NCBI GenBank assembly: GCA_963709405.1
Contig: CAVPXM010000006.1
Span: forward strand, 28,884-92,883
Length of the DNA stretch: 64,000 nt
Direction of reading: 5' to 3'
From: an uncultured Nitrososphaerales archaeon
Lineage (GTDB): Archaea; Thermoproteota; Nitrososphaeria; Nitrososphaerales; Nitrososphaeraceae
The notes below the pieces were generated by a model that saw only the letters and a list, made by a program, of their open reading frames with translations, had not been told where the DNA came from and did no database searches. Position 1 is the first letter of the stretch. Each line of letters starts with the position of its first letter. A program made the translations under genes and the position numbers. Positions 23,375 to 36,309 of this stretch are shown one piece after another.

Positions 23375-25615
23375 ATCTTATTTACCAGTATACACATAAG
23401 GAGATTTTAATGCTCTGATTCCTTGGTAGTAAGTCACAACATTGTAAGTTCGATCACATATGTAAGAACCTGAAAACAAGCAGATCATTGGTTTTGATTC
23501 TTCTCTATCGCGCGCATTATTGCAGTCAAAGTCACGGGTTGATCGGACAATTGAGCTATAGTAATTATTAGTTTATACGATTGTTATCATAAATAAATCA
23601 TAAATAATGATTTAGTTTTTCTAATCCTTTAATTTTTGTATGTCGACGACCTGTCTTATTAGCAACGGCGTTTAAAAATATTAAATATGGCTCAATATTT
23701 TAGAAATATCTCTGCTTAATTGTAAGAATACTTTTATAATAGTTAGTAAGTTGGCAACTGATCATTTATACAGAGCAGAATAACATTGTAGAATGTAGAA
23801 AAAGTCTTCCTATAAAAATTCAGGATAACGAATTGGTCCTTGATATTTGGTTTGTTTAGTCTTTTATATAATTGAAATTGCGTGGAGTTTTATACCATGT
23901 TTATCATATGTTGTTAATCATGGAAATGTCAACGAACAAGACAATACTCTATAATCGAGATACAGATATAGAGGATTCATTCCCGGAAGGAAAACAGGTG
24001 ATAAACGATTATGAGGATGGAAATGTGATCGTTGATTTTTTCTCCAGACATAACACTTTAGAAGAATACATAAAACTTTTGAACGAAACATCCAAGAAAT
24101 AGATGATTAATATCCTTATTACAAAATTATGTCAAAGATTGCGAGTAGAGGGAATAACCTAATAGGCTTTAACATGAATCGGCCTAAGGCAATGTAAGGT
24201 TTTCTAAGGTATACTGACTACATACTACCACCATAACGTATCTGGTCATTAGTCGTTGGTCGTTGGGAGATGGGCTGTCCACCAATAATCCAAAATTCTG
24301 TCTTTAACTAGGCTCTAGACATCTTCATAAGACTGATCTTATATTTTTTTCTTGAAGAGACAGGTCTTAAAGTTGACGTCTACATTGATCCTCTTTTGGC
24401 ACCGTCAAAGTTTAGACTAATCGACAATTTCACATTGATGGAAGGGCAACTTATTATCTAAAAAAGAGGAAAAAAGAGTGTCAATACAATCCTATTCCAT
24501 TTCCTCATTATTCCGCGTTTTATCTATTGCAATTTCCTCTACATTAATTGAAATTTTAACCCATTTACCATTTACCATTATTTTTAAACGTATATGTAGA
24601 TACTCCTTTGCTAACTCCGTGAAGATATCTAGCATCAATCTTGTCAGTCACTCTGTCTCTCAATTTATTAACTTGATATTCCGCAATCATCAAATTTCCA
24701 ACGATATTCTCTAGTTCTATGTCTCTTTCTTCAAGTCCGTCTTGTTTTTTCAATTTTTTTGTTAGGCCGGTATTTCCTAGTCCGCGTTTTCTATGTATTG
24801 TCTACTTCCTATTTGAAAATGAATTTCGTGTATGTAATTCGATGTATCGATTACTGGAGTAGACAGGTTTCCACCACATATCGGGATTCCTGTTTCTTCT
24901 ATTTCTTTGTTCTCGAGTAGGATACAATCGCTACTACTACCTTTCATTCATCTATCTTTTAGACAACATATTATACAACACATACCATTAGTCAGGCTTT
25001 ACAAAATCACAACCGCTAGTAGATCTAACTACAATTGTCTAATAAGCATCAACGATTGTAAATGTATGGCATATATCCTCACACAGAAATTGGGAAATTA
25101 GGATAATACAGATGTAAACCTCGGGATAACCTTTAACAAGTCCTAGGAAGCTTAAGTATAAATGAAAAGACAAAGAAAAGCGATGGCCATAATCAGCAAC
25201 GTTACTGAAAATGGATATCTGCTGGAAAAGGTCATATGGATTTCGCGACAGGTATCATCTATATGTCTTGTCTTGGGACTAGTGAAAATAAGACTCATCG
25301 ATATTGCAAAAGGAGCAGGTGTAACTGGAGATAACCGTAAAAAATAGATTTAAGAATCTTAAAGAAAAACTTCCTGAGGTAGATAATTGAATCAGTTTTT
25401 AGTTAGATCTTTGATTAATTTTTTGCTCATACTAAGGACACATTCTCCAAGAAGTTCGGTTGGATGTCATAACATAGCATGTTTTTTTAGATGATTTAAA
25501 TGGTCATGTACAGTGTGACATAAAATCTGAATCTGCTCTTAAGAAATTCCCAAACGGCAATTCTTTATTTGCTGATCATTCAAATTTTCCCAATGTCGAT
25601 TATGGATCAAGATCT

Positions 25616-26485
25616 TTGAAAATGTTTACAATCCTATTATTTGTATCTTTCACTCTGTTATCAGCTGCAACATTTATTGATAGATTTGGAGCCTATGCTT
25701 TACCAGAGGGCGGTGGCCATCCAGGCTTCGGCAGTCTACCTTCTCCGGGTGGTCTACCTTCTTTAGGCAGTCTACCCTCTCCGGGTAAGGGAGGTGCTTC
25801 TCATCTCAATTCTGTCAGTGGAGTGCACCCAGATAATGTTAAACCGAGCAAGATAAACCCAAACAATATCCCGAGTGGTAACGATCATAACATCAATCCA
25901 AATAATGTACATCCAAATAACATCAATCCAAATAATGCTCAATCAGCAGCACATTGTACAGGTTTTGGCGTAGGTGCGAATCCATGTAATAAGCATGTTG
26001 ATCCATGTCTGATTAATCCCTGTCCTATCAACCCTTGTGTCCTTAGTCCATGTCCTACTCCTGACGGAAAGGTTGTAGTAGGTACAAAATCTACTGTCAA
26101 TTCATATAGTTCTTCTCCAATAATAGTTAGTGAGGAACAAAGTACTTCCACGATTACAAATAATGCAAACAATAATCAAGAACAGAAATCAAGTTCTGAA
26201 AGTATCCCTATTGCTGATGCTGGTTCTGACAAAAAGGTACATTCTTTGAATCACGTTACATTAGATGGGAGTAAAAGTTACGATCCAGATGGAAAGAAAA
26301 TAACCTATTCTTTGCTACAACTAGCAGGAGGCCCGATTGTATTATTATCAAACGATAATAGCGTTAAACCTACATTTGAAGCGCCACAGGTTACCGAATC
26401 CACCACTTTAACATTTCAGTTGATAGTAAATAATAATAATGCTGTCAGTAATCCTTCCTATGTACCAGTTACTGTTGAACCTTAG
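25616..26485 (+). CDS. Secreted PKD-domain protein with Pro/Asn/Cys-rich repeats
   Basis: Signal peptide, GSLPSPG and INPNN repeats, NPC repeats, PIADAGSD..VTLDGSKSYDPDG..LTFQLIV PKD motif. Confidence 0.8.
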   Translation: MKMFTILLFVSFTLLSAATFIDRFGAYALPEGGGHPGFGSLPSPGGLPSLGSLPSPGKGGASHLNSVSGVHPDNVKPSKINPNNIPSGNDHNINPNNVHPNNINPNNAQSAAHCTGFGVGANPCNKHVDPCLINPCPINPCVLSPCPTPDGKVVVGTKSTVNSYSSSPIIVSEEQSTSTITNNANNNQEQKSSSESIPIADAGSDKKVHSLNHVTLDGSKSYDPDGKKITYSLLQLAGGPIVLLSNDNSVKPTFEAPQVTESTTLTFQLIVNNNNAVSNPSYVPVTVEP

Positions 26486-26763
26486 TTGAGTACATGTACG
26501 TTTCAAATCCCTTTGTTAATATCTTTCAATTTTTACTGAATCTTGTTTTATATTCGGAGTATGTCATAATTTGAAGTATAGCACTGATCCTATTTATCTA
26601 ACAAAATTTAAGTGACTCTTTTGACATCAAAGATGACCCTAGCTAAATAGAGGGCATTAGAAAATAGCTTGATTCATTATACCTTTTCTGTTATTTTATA
26701 CTATTTAAAAGGAACTTTCATTACATATTTGAAGTCATCTTCGAGAGAAGCTCATAATATTTT

Positions 26764-27708
26764 TTATTTGACGCCTACAACTTCTAGATAATACTGTTCC
26801 TTATCAATTTTTTCTGGTTTGACGCCTTCAATATCAGTCAGATCTTGCATTATTCCTTTTCTTCTCTCTATCCTTCCATTCGGTAACTTGACTATGCCAT
26901 TAATAAAACCACTGCTACCACATATAGGATTGAAAACTGTATTAGTATTTCTGTGATATTTTGAGAGAGTTTTTTCTTTGGTTCCGTCTGGACCTTCAAA
27001 GAATCTTCCATTCCTATATATAACTCTGGGATGATTACATGATAATATTTCACTATCTCTCGTGAAGGTAAAGATGATTTTAAAAGTTGCAATTTTCTTT
27101 GCCATACTAATTAACCAATTGTAATAAATTACGTTCAAAAAGGTTCTATTATCTTGCCTATTTGTAATGTATAGAGTTGGATTGCTATAGAATAGTGTAA
27201 GATTAATGTCAGAATTCTCAGAATCCTCCAGATATTGAATCAAACATCTGGCAGATTCTATTCCATTGGCGCCTGACCAGTAGGCAATATCGTTTTCCAT
27301 TCCAGCTGCAATCTTCCATAAAAAATGATTCTTTGCTGGATTTACTCGCACATCTATCTTATCACCAATTTTGATCTGTTCGAGGAAATAAGCTGCAAAA
27401 CCGTCAGCCTTCCCAGTTGCAGGATTAATATAACCATATGGCTTTTCATCTTTGATTGTCAATTCAATCAAATCCCTAGTTGGAGATGATGCTATGGAAT
27501 ATGCTCGCTCAACAAAGCCCTCTTCGAATTTGCCCGATGTTATAGGTCTTCTAAGGCATGCGCGAACAGTTACTGACTGGCCTACACTAAAACTAAACCT
27601 CTGAGAGTCAGAGTTGGGGGAAAAAGAAAATGTGTATGTATCAGGTGTTTCCATTACTTTATCAACTACTTGCCATTTATAATGTTCTCCTGATCCTTTA
27701 GATGACAC
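26764..27708 (-). CDS. FAD-binding oxidoreductase (ferredoxin-NADP reductase-like)
   Basis: VGQSV, RAYSIASSP FAD motif, SGANGI, LFYSN, ICGSSGF. Confidence 0.85.
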   Translation of the reverse strand: MSSKGSGEHYKWQVVDKVMETPDTYTFSFSPNSDSQRFSFSVGQSVTVRACLRRPITSGKFEEGFVERAYSIASSPTRDLIELTIKDEKPYGYINPATGKADGFAAYFLEQIKIGDKIDVRVNPAKNHFLWKIAAGMENDIAYWSGANGIESARCLIQYLEDSENSDINLTLFYSNPTLYITNRQDNRTFLNVIYYNWLISMAKKIATFKIIFTFTRDSEILSCNHPRVIYRNGRFFEGPDGTKEKTLSKYHRNTNTVFNPICGSSGFINGIVKLPNGRIERRKGIMQDLTDIEGVKPEKIDKEQYYLEVVGVK

Positions 27709-28049
27709 TCTGATCTTCTCACTATTCTATTTTGTCTTTATAATATAAACGCGTCTTTATTATCTCAAGATTTTGATTGTATTTCTATGACATTTCATGT
27801 GCATTTCGCTGGGTTGGTACTATGATATCGGATGGGTCAATCTTTGTGATGATTGATATAAAGATAATAAGTAAATAAATTAAGACATGGGATTTTAAGA
27901 TAAGAATGAAAAACTGAAGATGCATATAAAATTTGGAGGGCTAGTGACACAGAAAGAAATGAGGTATAAAGACCGGCAGACTTCGAACTATGCTGATGAT
28001 AGCATAAATATGATAATATATCACACTATGAAGTAAACTATGAGGGATC

Positions 28050-28247
28050 CTATATCAGATCCTTAGCTAGATGATCGCTATATCCTTCGACTTTAGGTCT
28101 AATTTTTACTTTTTTAACTACTTTATCGCCATTGTCTGACCAACACACTATGCCGTCGCATTGTCTACAGCGATAAATGATACGAGACGATGATATCTTT
28201 ATAGGTTCTAATACCTTAACAGACCATCGATCACAATTACACTCCAT
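28050..28247 (-). CDS. Small zinc-ribbon protein
   Basis: CNC ... CRQC. Confidence 0.45.
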   Translation of the reverse strand: MECNCDRWSVKVLEPIKISSSRIIYRCRQCDGIVCWSDNGDKVVKKVKIRPKVEGYSDHLAKDLI

Positions 28248-28766
28248 ATTTTCGAACTTCGTATAATTATATTACTATTTACAGTAGTTAAAAACTATTC
28301 TCATGCGTAAGATGTAAGTTGAGATAAAATCATAAAATCATGTACGTGTCCTAAACATTTGAATTCGCATATTGTAGTTCACAGTAACCTTTATCATTAG
28401 TAGTAGTTTCTCACTGTATGAGTACTCCGCAACTTCTAAACCATTAAGAACCAACTCAATACCTATGCACAGATTATGGATATAATTACGACGACATCAC
28501 CTTAACGATGGTATTAATTGAATCTGAAGGTATAGATGATCTATCTAGGTAATCGTTTCATATTGATCCGTTTTCTATTTGCATCTTATGCGATACTTCT
28601 ATTTTGTACATCTAAGTGTTTCAAAAAGTACAATAAATTCGGCAAAGTTCGTGATCTACTCCTACCCATACGTATAGTTCCGACTATATGACAATGTTAT
28701 GGTATACAAGTAAGCATATTATTAATGCTAGTGAACAGTTACAATCGATTGACTTGTTGTACATCA

Positions 28767-29063
28767 CTATTTACAATCTTTTCTGCACTTCTCTAGGCCG
28801 CTGCTTGTTAACCTTACTTCACTGGCAGATACGACTTCAACAAGTCCTTCTGTTTTCAACTTTCGTATAATCTCATTTACCGCTTGAAATCCGTAGGATG
28901 GTCTTTCATACGCCCCAGTACTAACTGCCCGAAAAAATACATCCATAGTTTTATGACTCTTATTTAGATCTCCTAATGTAGTTTGATATAAGAAACAGAT
29001 GAATTTCATTGAATACCTTTCTAACTCATCATGTGTTAGAAGTGATGACATTTTGGTATGCAT
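28767..29063 (-). CDS. Small winged-helix-like hypothetical protein
   Basis: IIRKLKTEGLVEV..VRLTSSG wing pattern. Confidence 0.45.
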   Translation of the reverse strand: MHTKMSSLLTHDELERYSMKFICFLYQTTLGDLNKSHKTMDVFFRAVSTGAYERPSYGFQAVNEIIRKLKTEGLVEVVSASEVRLTSSGLEKCRKDCK

Positions 29064-29330
29064 CCTATTTGTTGAATTTGCTAATAAATGATATGTTTAT
29101 CTCGGATCTGATCTTTATTGATAAAGATCGGAGCATGAATATTGCGAGAATTTCCCTTATGCACTAACTAACATATATTACTGCATTTAACTATTGCTTT
29201 TGTAATTGTATGAAGATCTAAATAGAAATCAATTATGACATGGCTCATTTTCTTCCAATCCTAGTTCAATCGATCAAAGTCGAGCTTCAAAATACTCATA
29301 AGTCATTGTTGAGCTAATATTCACTATATC

Positions 29331-29525
29331 ATGGACGGCTTTATACTGAGTGAAGATGAAGGTCCAAAAATTAACTTTCATGGTACCAGGATGGTAATCA
29401 AGGTTTCTGAGAGAGATTGCGAGGGAAGATATTCATTAATAGAAATGAATCATCTAGCCAATTCTGGTCCTGCACTTCATATTCATCCAAACGCGCCCGA
29501 GGCATACTATGTTCTTGAAGGATAG
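29331..29525 (+). pseudogene. Cupin-domain protein, 3'-truncated
   Basis: GPALHIHPNAPEAYYVLEG cupin motif 1, then stop. Confidence 0.7.
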
Positions 29526-29794
29526 TTTACTTGAGAATAACTAGTTATTTATATAACTAAACATTAGAGATTCGGACAGAAGGTGTTTTCAGTGATGCCA
29601 GGCTTGAGTATAGATGGTAAAATAGGGGAGCAATATTAAGGAATCTACTCTGATGATGGCCCAAGACCACTAATCCAACCAAACTGGTATACTAACAATA
29701 ATATGGATTTGACATTTGCGGTTTACCATGGCTATTGCAAGACCAAACTATCTTTAACTCTATAATGAATTGCTTAAATCTTTTCAAATGACAC

Positions 29795-30210
29795 CAGATC
29801 ATATCGGTAAGCGTACAAGAGAAGATGGTAACGAACGATGAAGACAGATAACTCTTCATTCGTTTAGAAGATTTGTAAAGACTACCATATCTGATCTTGG
29901 CTATGCCGATTACTCAGAGTATTTCATAGGACATTCTGGTTCAACATACTGGCGTAAAAAGGATTCAGAGAAAGCCGAAATATTCCGTAAGGTAGAGCCT
30001 TACTTGACATTTCTAAATATCCATCAGCTAGAAAGACAGGGCGCTGACATACAAACCAAGGTAGAGGAATTAGAAGAACTAAATCAGTCATTAAGACAGC
30101 GTGATAAAGTAAAGGATGACGCTATTGCACAATTATCAGATCAACTTGTTGCTCTGACAGCAAGGTTGCAAGAGCTTGAGAGAAGACAGAACGTAGGCAT
30201 CATAAGCTGA
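29795..30210 (+). pseudogene. Tyrosine integrase C-terminal fragment
   Basis: ITLHSFRRFVKT (HxxR), FIGHSGSTYW (His/Tyr), coiled-coil tail. Confidence 0.85.
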
Positions 30211-30450
30211 CCATTACACTTATGTCCTGTAAAACAACATACCTTGTCGTTGCAGTGACATCCAGCCGGGGGATTCTGGACTGCGTCACGTGTCATCGTT
30301 GCGGTATTACTGGGTGTGTTACGGCGACCCGCATAAAGACCAGTTTGTAGTATTTGGATTGATTACTTGTGATTGGGCACGGCCATTTTACTATTAAAAT
30401 GGTTGCATTGCTCTATCTTTTCATGTATCTATTATTCTGAGAAATAATCA

Positions 30451-30705
30451 GGTTACATCAGTTACATTTAGTCGTTTTTGGGTGTAACCTGCCGTATAAA
30501 ATTCTTGTAATTACTATACTAAGTAAGCGGTTAGCCTATATTTCCTGCATAGTTATGCATTAATAATTATTATAATTATAGGTTACATCAGTTACATCAG
30601 TTACATAGCTTTTCATATACAAAAACAATTTAGATATCTAAGATGAAGAGGCGCGCGCCTTGTAGAGATCGAAAATATGGCGTAACCGATGTAACCGTTG
30701 TAACT
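30451..30705. repeat. Origin-like 9-bp-period arrays (gttacatca)n with an inverted partner array
   Basis: 30451-30467 and 30581-30606 direct; 30681-30705 gtaaccgat/gtaaccgtt/gtaact inverted. Confidence 0.65.
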
Positions 30706-30799
30706 TCCGGACATATGAAAATTACTCAGTAACACAAACTATCTTTTTCTTCGTAAAACTGAATTTCGAAGATTTTAGAAGCAAGTCCAGGATTTGGTG

Positions 30800-30910
30800 G
30801 GCCTTTAAATGAACAAGAGACGAAGGATTTTTTGACGGCCGGTAAACTAAATGTACACCTTGGAACAGTGGATGAGAAGGGCGATGCAAATATTCATCCA
30901 GCATGGTACT
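30800..30910 (+). pseudogene. Pyridoxamine-5'-phosphate oxidase-like fragment
   Basis: KLNVHLGTVDEKGDANIHPAWY then stop. Confidence 0.55.
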
Positions 30911-30935
30911 AATAAAAGTGATATTTTAGTAGTTC

Positions 30936-31202
30936 TTGTATTATTATGATGAGGAAAATTTGATAGTTCTTTGGCGTGACGCATGGTTAAAACCGCTCTA
31001 TAATTCTGACATGGGATCTGATTTTTGTAACTTATGTAACCGGAGGTTTGATGAACTTGATTTTGTAACATCTTGTGAATTTTGTGAAATAGGAATAATT
31101 CATAATAACTGTGCAGACAAACATATTTTGGATAGCCATAAAAACGAAATTTTGAGTAAAATCGAATCACAACGAGACAGGCGTCTGCACGATTATCAGT
31201 AA
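30936..31202 (+). CDS. Small Cys/His-rich zinc-finger-like protein
   Basis: CNLC..CEFC..HNNC..H..H. Confidence 0.55.
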   Translation: MYYYDEENLIVLWRDAWLKPLYNSDMGSDFCNLCNRRFDELDFVTSCEFCEIGIIHNNCADKHILDSHKNEILSKIESQRDRRLHDYQ

Positions 31203-32237
31203 TTGTGATCACTAACAATAGTGGATCACAATTGTTACATTCAACAACTAAAACTTGATCTTTAAATTTCTTATTACATTAATTTAGCATGACTAGGAAC
31301 ACTGCAAAAGACCGTTTAATAGCTTTCATCTTTTACACACAAAGACAATACATATCTCAGATCGATAACAATTTCTTTAACTGAACGATGTCAGACAATA
31401 TCATATTATGTCTCTGTTTGGATGGGTAAGCCCGAGGAAATGCCAGACCTGGCCCGAGATGGCATATTCTGGATTTTCAATGTAACAACCGGGAAGGAGA
31501 CGATGGTCGCTACTTCCAGGACGTGGATGGATGCAGCTGGTAACCTCATAGTAACTGTAGTTGAGGGCTTAGAAGCCGTTTGGAATATGGAAACGCCTTC
31601 GTATTATGGAGGCTTTGCGGCAGATCTGGCTAACTATTCTACCGCTACCCTGAATACTGCTTACGTGTCTCCGGCAGATTCTAGAGCAGCCCGGATATCT
31701 TATCAAAATGTGCAAGCTTACAAGTTATGATGGTCAATGATGGAAATAAGCTTTCAACGGTCGAGGTAATTGACTACCGATCTATGCGTTTCACTTGGCA
31801 CACTTTTTAATGATAAATTCAACATGATGTTTCTACATCTCCATTGCTCGTGGCTAGGATAGTAATGTCGTGAGATCTGCTTTAACAAAGTTACGTTCTT
31901 ATTCTTCGAAGAAAGGTCTAAACTGAACATCATAACCAGGAGAGTTGTTTGCAAACTGTTTTATCATGATCATTTTGCATATTTTATCTTGCAATTCGGA
32001 ATGTTCACTCAATTTCTTTTTACAAATAGGACATAATGCCATATACATCACAACATAACAACAAATTAAGAGGTATTTATTAAACCTATTACGTAATTAG
32101 AAGGTTAGCTATGCTCGACTTCGAGCAGGATATTGTATGATATTTCTCTGATTTCATTTAGAAGATTGTCTAAAAGGCTTTACTATTCAGGTCATTTATT
32201 GCACTAACCGCATCAGAATTAGATCAAAATAAGTGGA

Positions 32238-32336
32238 GATAGTTTTGTATTCTATTATAACTTTCCCTTACCATATGTCCGATATACATCTTCAAATTCT
32301 TCTCTAGAGGTGAAAATAACCCGGGTATCCCGGGTG
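32238..32336. repeat. Origin-like site homologous to the one behind the D5 helicase
   Basis: gatagtttt...cttcaaattcttctctagag.tgaaaataacccgggtatcccgggtg; matches 35432-35532. Confidence 0.65.
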
Positions 32337-32538
32337 TAATTATTGTGCCAACTATCCGTTTTAGACCTAGGCCGATGCGCGCCCATGGCTTACGTATATC
32401 TGATCAATGTCTACGCGTCAAGTTAATCAGTTCATACAGGTAACCCCACTTTACAAAATTAAACAGTATCGCTCTATTTTAGATTGGTAATTCCCACAAA
32501 AAGCGTAAAACATGACTCCGATAAATTACTATCATTTA

Positions 32539-32733
32539 ATGACTCTAAGCTTGAACTGTAAGGACGTAGGTGATCCAGTATGCACACATACTATGTATGG
32601 TGAAACCGAAGAAGAATTATTACAAAATGCAAAGAAACACGGTATCGAAGTCCATGGATATAATGAGCAGACATGGAACGAAGAGCTGTCAAAAAATAAA
32701 GATCATTTCCGCAAACTCATAAAAAGTTCGTAA
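32539..32733 (+). CDS. DUF1059-family small metal-binding protein
   Basis: LNCKDVG..C....GETEEEL....KHGIEVHG. Confidence 0.8.
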   Translation: MTLSLNCKDVGDPVCTHTMYGETEEELLQNAKKHGIEVHGYNEQTWNEELSKNKDHFRKLIKSS

Positions 32734-32836
32734 TTACTTTTCATCCACTTTTTTGGATTCTTTTGAAATAATCCGTCTAATAAAAAGTGTAACCATTATG
32801 TAATATGAAATTACTTAACTTGATAGACAAGCACAG

Positions 32837-33312
32837 TTGGAAAGCAATAGTGAATTAAAAATTCTTGGTTTCGCAGGAAGTCTAAGAGTTGGTTCTTATA
32901 ATAAGGCTCTTCTACGTGCTACTATAGACCTGTTACCGGAAGATGTTACTCTGGAAATATTTGAAATTGATGGCATTCCTCTATTCAATCAAGATATTGA
33001 GAAAGATATGCCAACGAAGGTAAGAGAGTTCAAATCGAAAATAAGAGAAGCAGATGCCATCCTGATTGCAACTCCAGAATACAATTATTCAGTACCTGGG
33101 GTATTAAAAAACGCAATTGATTGGGCCTCTAGACCTTACGGAGATAATGCATTTGAAGGGAAGCCGGCTCGCTATAATGAGTGCGTCAGTAGGCATGTTG
33201 GGTGGTGCTAGAGCACAGTATCATTTACGCCAGATATTCGTATTTTTAAATGTGTATCCGGTAAATGGACCAGAGGTTATACTTCCATTTGCACAGGATA
33301 AATTTGATGCAA
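32837..33312 (+). pseudogene. NADPH-dependent FMN reductase, frameshifted and 3'-truncated
   Basis: GSLRVGSYN, TPEYNYSVPGVLKNAIDW, GGARAQYHLRQ; frameshift ~33165; replaced by repeat Y after ~33312. Confidence 0.85.
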
Positions 33313-33339
33313 CTTCAGTACCTACGTATACTAAGGTGT

Positions 33340-33925
33340 CAGTCTATACATCCGGCATATCATTTTCGAAAATATTTATAATCTGGCATGCCGCATATCG
33401 TTATTAGAAGACGCCATTTCCGATATGATTTATACTGGACTTTACAAGAATCCGATGTTATCTGATATGTTAAAAACTAACTGCATATTAGCAAATTGAA
33501 TCCGTGAGTTAACATCAATCAATGATTACTATCTATTGATATCAATTGTAGAGTCGGTAGTTCAGTTAAGTAATTAATGTCACTAAGTCCTGAAGTTTTA
33601 CCTATTGATAGGATCAGTCTGCTCATATCAGTTTGGGAATGTTCGGCTAATTTCACGAACCTTGATTTATGTACCAGAGGATCTTTGTATTTGATTCTCT
33701 CGATTCTGGTGTACATACTTTATCTCAGGATGTAATCTGCAGTGAAAGTATTCTTGCTTTATAGCAATTATTGGATGTCACGGGCTTTGGTCTAAATCTT
33801 GCTTTGGGAGCGGTGTATATGGCGTACTTGGATCGTCATAAGAGAATCGAGTTATCGACCAGATTTTGGCCGTGTCTTCTATATGTATAGCGTAAGGGAC
33901 ATTTAACTGGAAACATGAGTAGCCG
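33340..33925 (-). repeat. Degenerate mobile-element segment Y+Z (copy 3)
   Basis: Homologous to 4060-4705; ends at GCGCGC 33925. Confidence 0.85.
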
Positions 33926-34117
33926 CGCGCCCCCACTAGATCGAACGGGGTTGGAACACCAATGGAGAGATGCGATAACATTCATTGCAAGAAACGAGAC
34001 GCGGTCATTAGTAGTAGTCGGAAGTAATCAAATACAAGAGCAGCATCAGATCCATAACGCGATAGAAGATAAATCTGTATCATCATCGGAAAAAAGGCTT
34101 TCCTTGTAGAGGAGCTG

Positions 34118-35387
34118 ATGAAAACATATACCTTCAAAACTTTAAAGGATGTAGAAATAATTCTATACTATAGAGAAGGCAAGTACTGCTCTGGCGGAGA
34201 ACAGCTCATTAAGGCTGAACTTGAGAGATTAGGTGGATTTTCGATAACCACACATTTGCGTACTGAGGTTATCAATCACATAAAGGCAAGAACGCTGGTC
34301 GATAGGGGCGAATTTGATACAAATCTGGATATTATGAATGTTAAGAATGGGTTGATAAACATTCGCACAGGTGAATTCAAAGAACACGATCCGAACTACT
34401 TGTCATTAATACAATTACCTGTACGATATAATCCTAGGGGCGCGCCCATCAAAAATAATTGCTTTTATGTACAATGTCTTGTATCCGTCCGACGTACCTT
34501 TACTGCTAGAGTACATAAGATATTGTCTCATCAGGCATAATAGATTACAAAAAGATCTGATGTGCGTTGGAGATGAAGATAACGGTAAGAGCGTTATGCT
34601 AAAAATTATTAGCAAATTCTTGGGTCGAGAGAATATTAGTAGCAAGACACTACATAGTTTGGCAGTGGTGAATGACAGATTCGCGACGGCCGACCTGTAC
34701 GGTAAATTGGCCAACATATTTGCTGACCTATCGGCAAAGAGACTTCCAGATATAGAAGCATTCAAAGTATTAGCCAGCGGAGATAGAATTAGCGCAGAAC
34801 GAAAATTTCAGAACAGCTTTGAATTTGAGCCAACTACTAAGCTGATTTTCAGTGCAAATACTCCTCCCAAACCAACTGACGATATGGAAAACGCGTACTA
34901 TAAGCGATGGATATTGATCTCATTTAATTTAAGGAAGAATTGCTTTTTCTGTAGGAAACCGATAGTTAAGGATCCAGATATTACAGAGAAGTTAACTACT
35001 GAGGAAGAATTGTCTGGCCTACTAAACTTAGCATTAATTTCTGCAAGGAGGCTCTTGACAAAACGTAAATTTGTAAAATCTTCTACTACAGAAGCGGTTA
35101 GAGAAATATATCAGAGATTGTCAGACCCAGTTAAGGCCTGGCTTGATGATAGGTGTGCACTTGGCCCACAATACGAGACAGATAAGCAGGAAGCACATAC
35201 AGATTTTATTAAATACTGTTGGGATAAGAGGCTGAATAGACTGGAAATAAATGCACTAGGTAGAGAGTTATCAAAACATAACATACACGACAAACGCAGT
35301 GGTTCAGGAGATGAAAGAGTACACATGTGGACAGGCTTAGCACTTAGGTCTAACCTGAGAGAAGATGGTCAGGAAGCCCTCCTATAG
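34118..35387 (+). pseudogene. D5/P4-family primase-associated SF3 helicase, one frameshift
   Basis: D5_N motifs (NVKNGLI..TGEFKEHDP..PVRYNP), Walker A GDEDNGKS, LYGKLAN, AERKF, KLIFSAN, C-terminal wHTH; frameshift at GGGCGCGCCC 34438-34447. Confidence 0.9.
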
Positions 35388-35431
35388 GTAGCCGGCTGCG
35401 CGTTAACTAAATTGATAGTGACCTATCGTTG

Positions 35432-35532
35432 CACCCGGGATACCAGGGATAGTTTTGATTTCTATTGTAATTTTTTGTTAATATATTGTCTAACATATTC
35501 TTCAAATTCTTCTCTAGAGTTGAAAATAACCC
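35432..35532. repeat. Origin-like site immediately downstream of helicase
   Basis: cacccgggataccagggatagtttt is the near reverse complement of aaaataacccgggtatcccgggtg at the right end of the 32238-32336 copy. Confidence 0.6.
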
Positions 35533-35804
35533 TCTGGTAAAACGAGCGCGGAGTGCAGATGCAAACTTTACTTATAACTCACCATTTAGTATTGGAGTAA
35601 ACGATGCAAAATGCAATGATACAGGTTGTCAGGTATACATACTACAGCCGGACCAAGGGTTTGCATTTCACTCTTCCGAATAAGGTCCTTTAACGACTCG
35701 TTATGTCATTATCTTTCATAATCAAGAAAAACGATTTGAATCTATCGGCTGCGGACCCGCACCTTTAATCATTTATGAGTTCGATAGGACAGTATTTGGC
35801 ACGC

Positions 35805-36309
35805 CTCGTGATATACAGCATACATAAATTTTATCATCATTTCGGGGCGTCAGTCTACACCTAGGACGCAGCATTTTTGATAATATTTATACCCTGGCAT
35901 GCCGCATATCTTATCATAACGCTATTTCCTAGATAATTATGCCGAATGTGTTAAAAAATCCGATATCATCCGATATGTGCATATTAGCGAAATTAAATAT
36001 GTTGATTCGCATCGACTAATTGCTACTATCTATAGATATCAATTTGCAAGGTCAACACTAAATTCCTAGCCTAGAATTTAACTCCATTAATCAAGTCCCT
36101 TGATGTTTCTTTCTTGTCAACCTACCGGTAAATGATAAAACTTTGCGCTCACTGTCAGGACAATTTTAATATTTCTATCTTGATATCTAACCAGAAATAA
36201 GAACTATCTGACCTATCTGACCTATCTGACACTTCCATACCAGCTACTCTCAAACCATACATAGATGTATTCTGTTCCAACTATCTGACCTATCTGACCT
36301 ATCTGACCC
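35805..36309 (-). repeat. Mobile-element segment Y plus (atctgacct)n arrays (copy 4)
   Basis: Colinear with 53405-53919; arrays at 36204-36230 and 36281-36309. Confidence 0.85.

Noticed and set aside
29795-30210. SSV1-type programmed integrase partition (intN/intC)
   Set aside because: Fragments start at different positions inside the catalytic domain, and no tRNA or att repeat is visible
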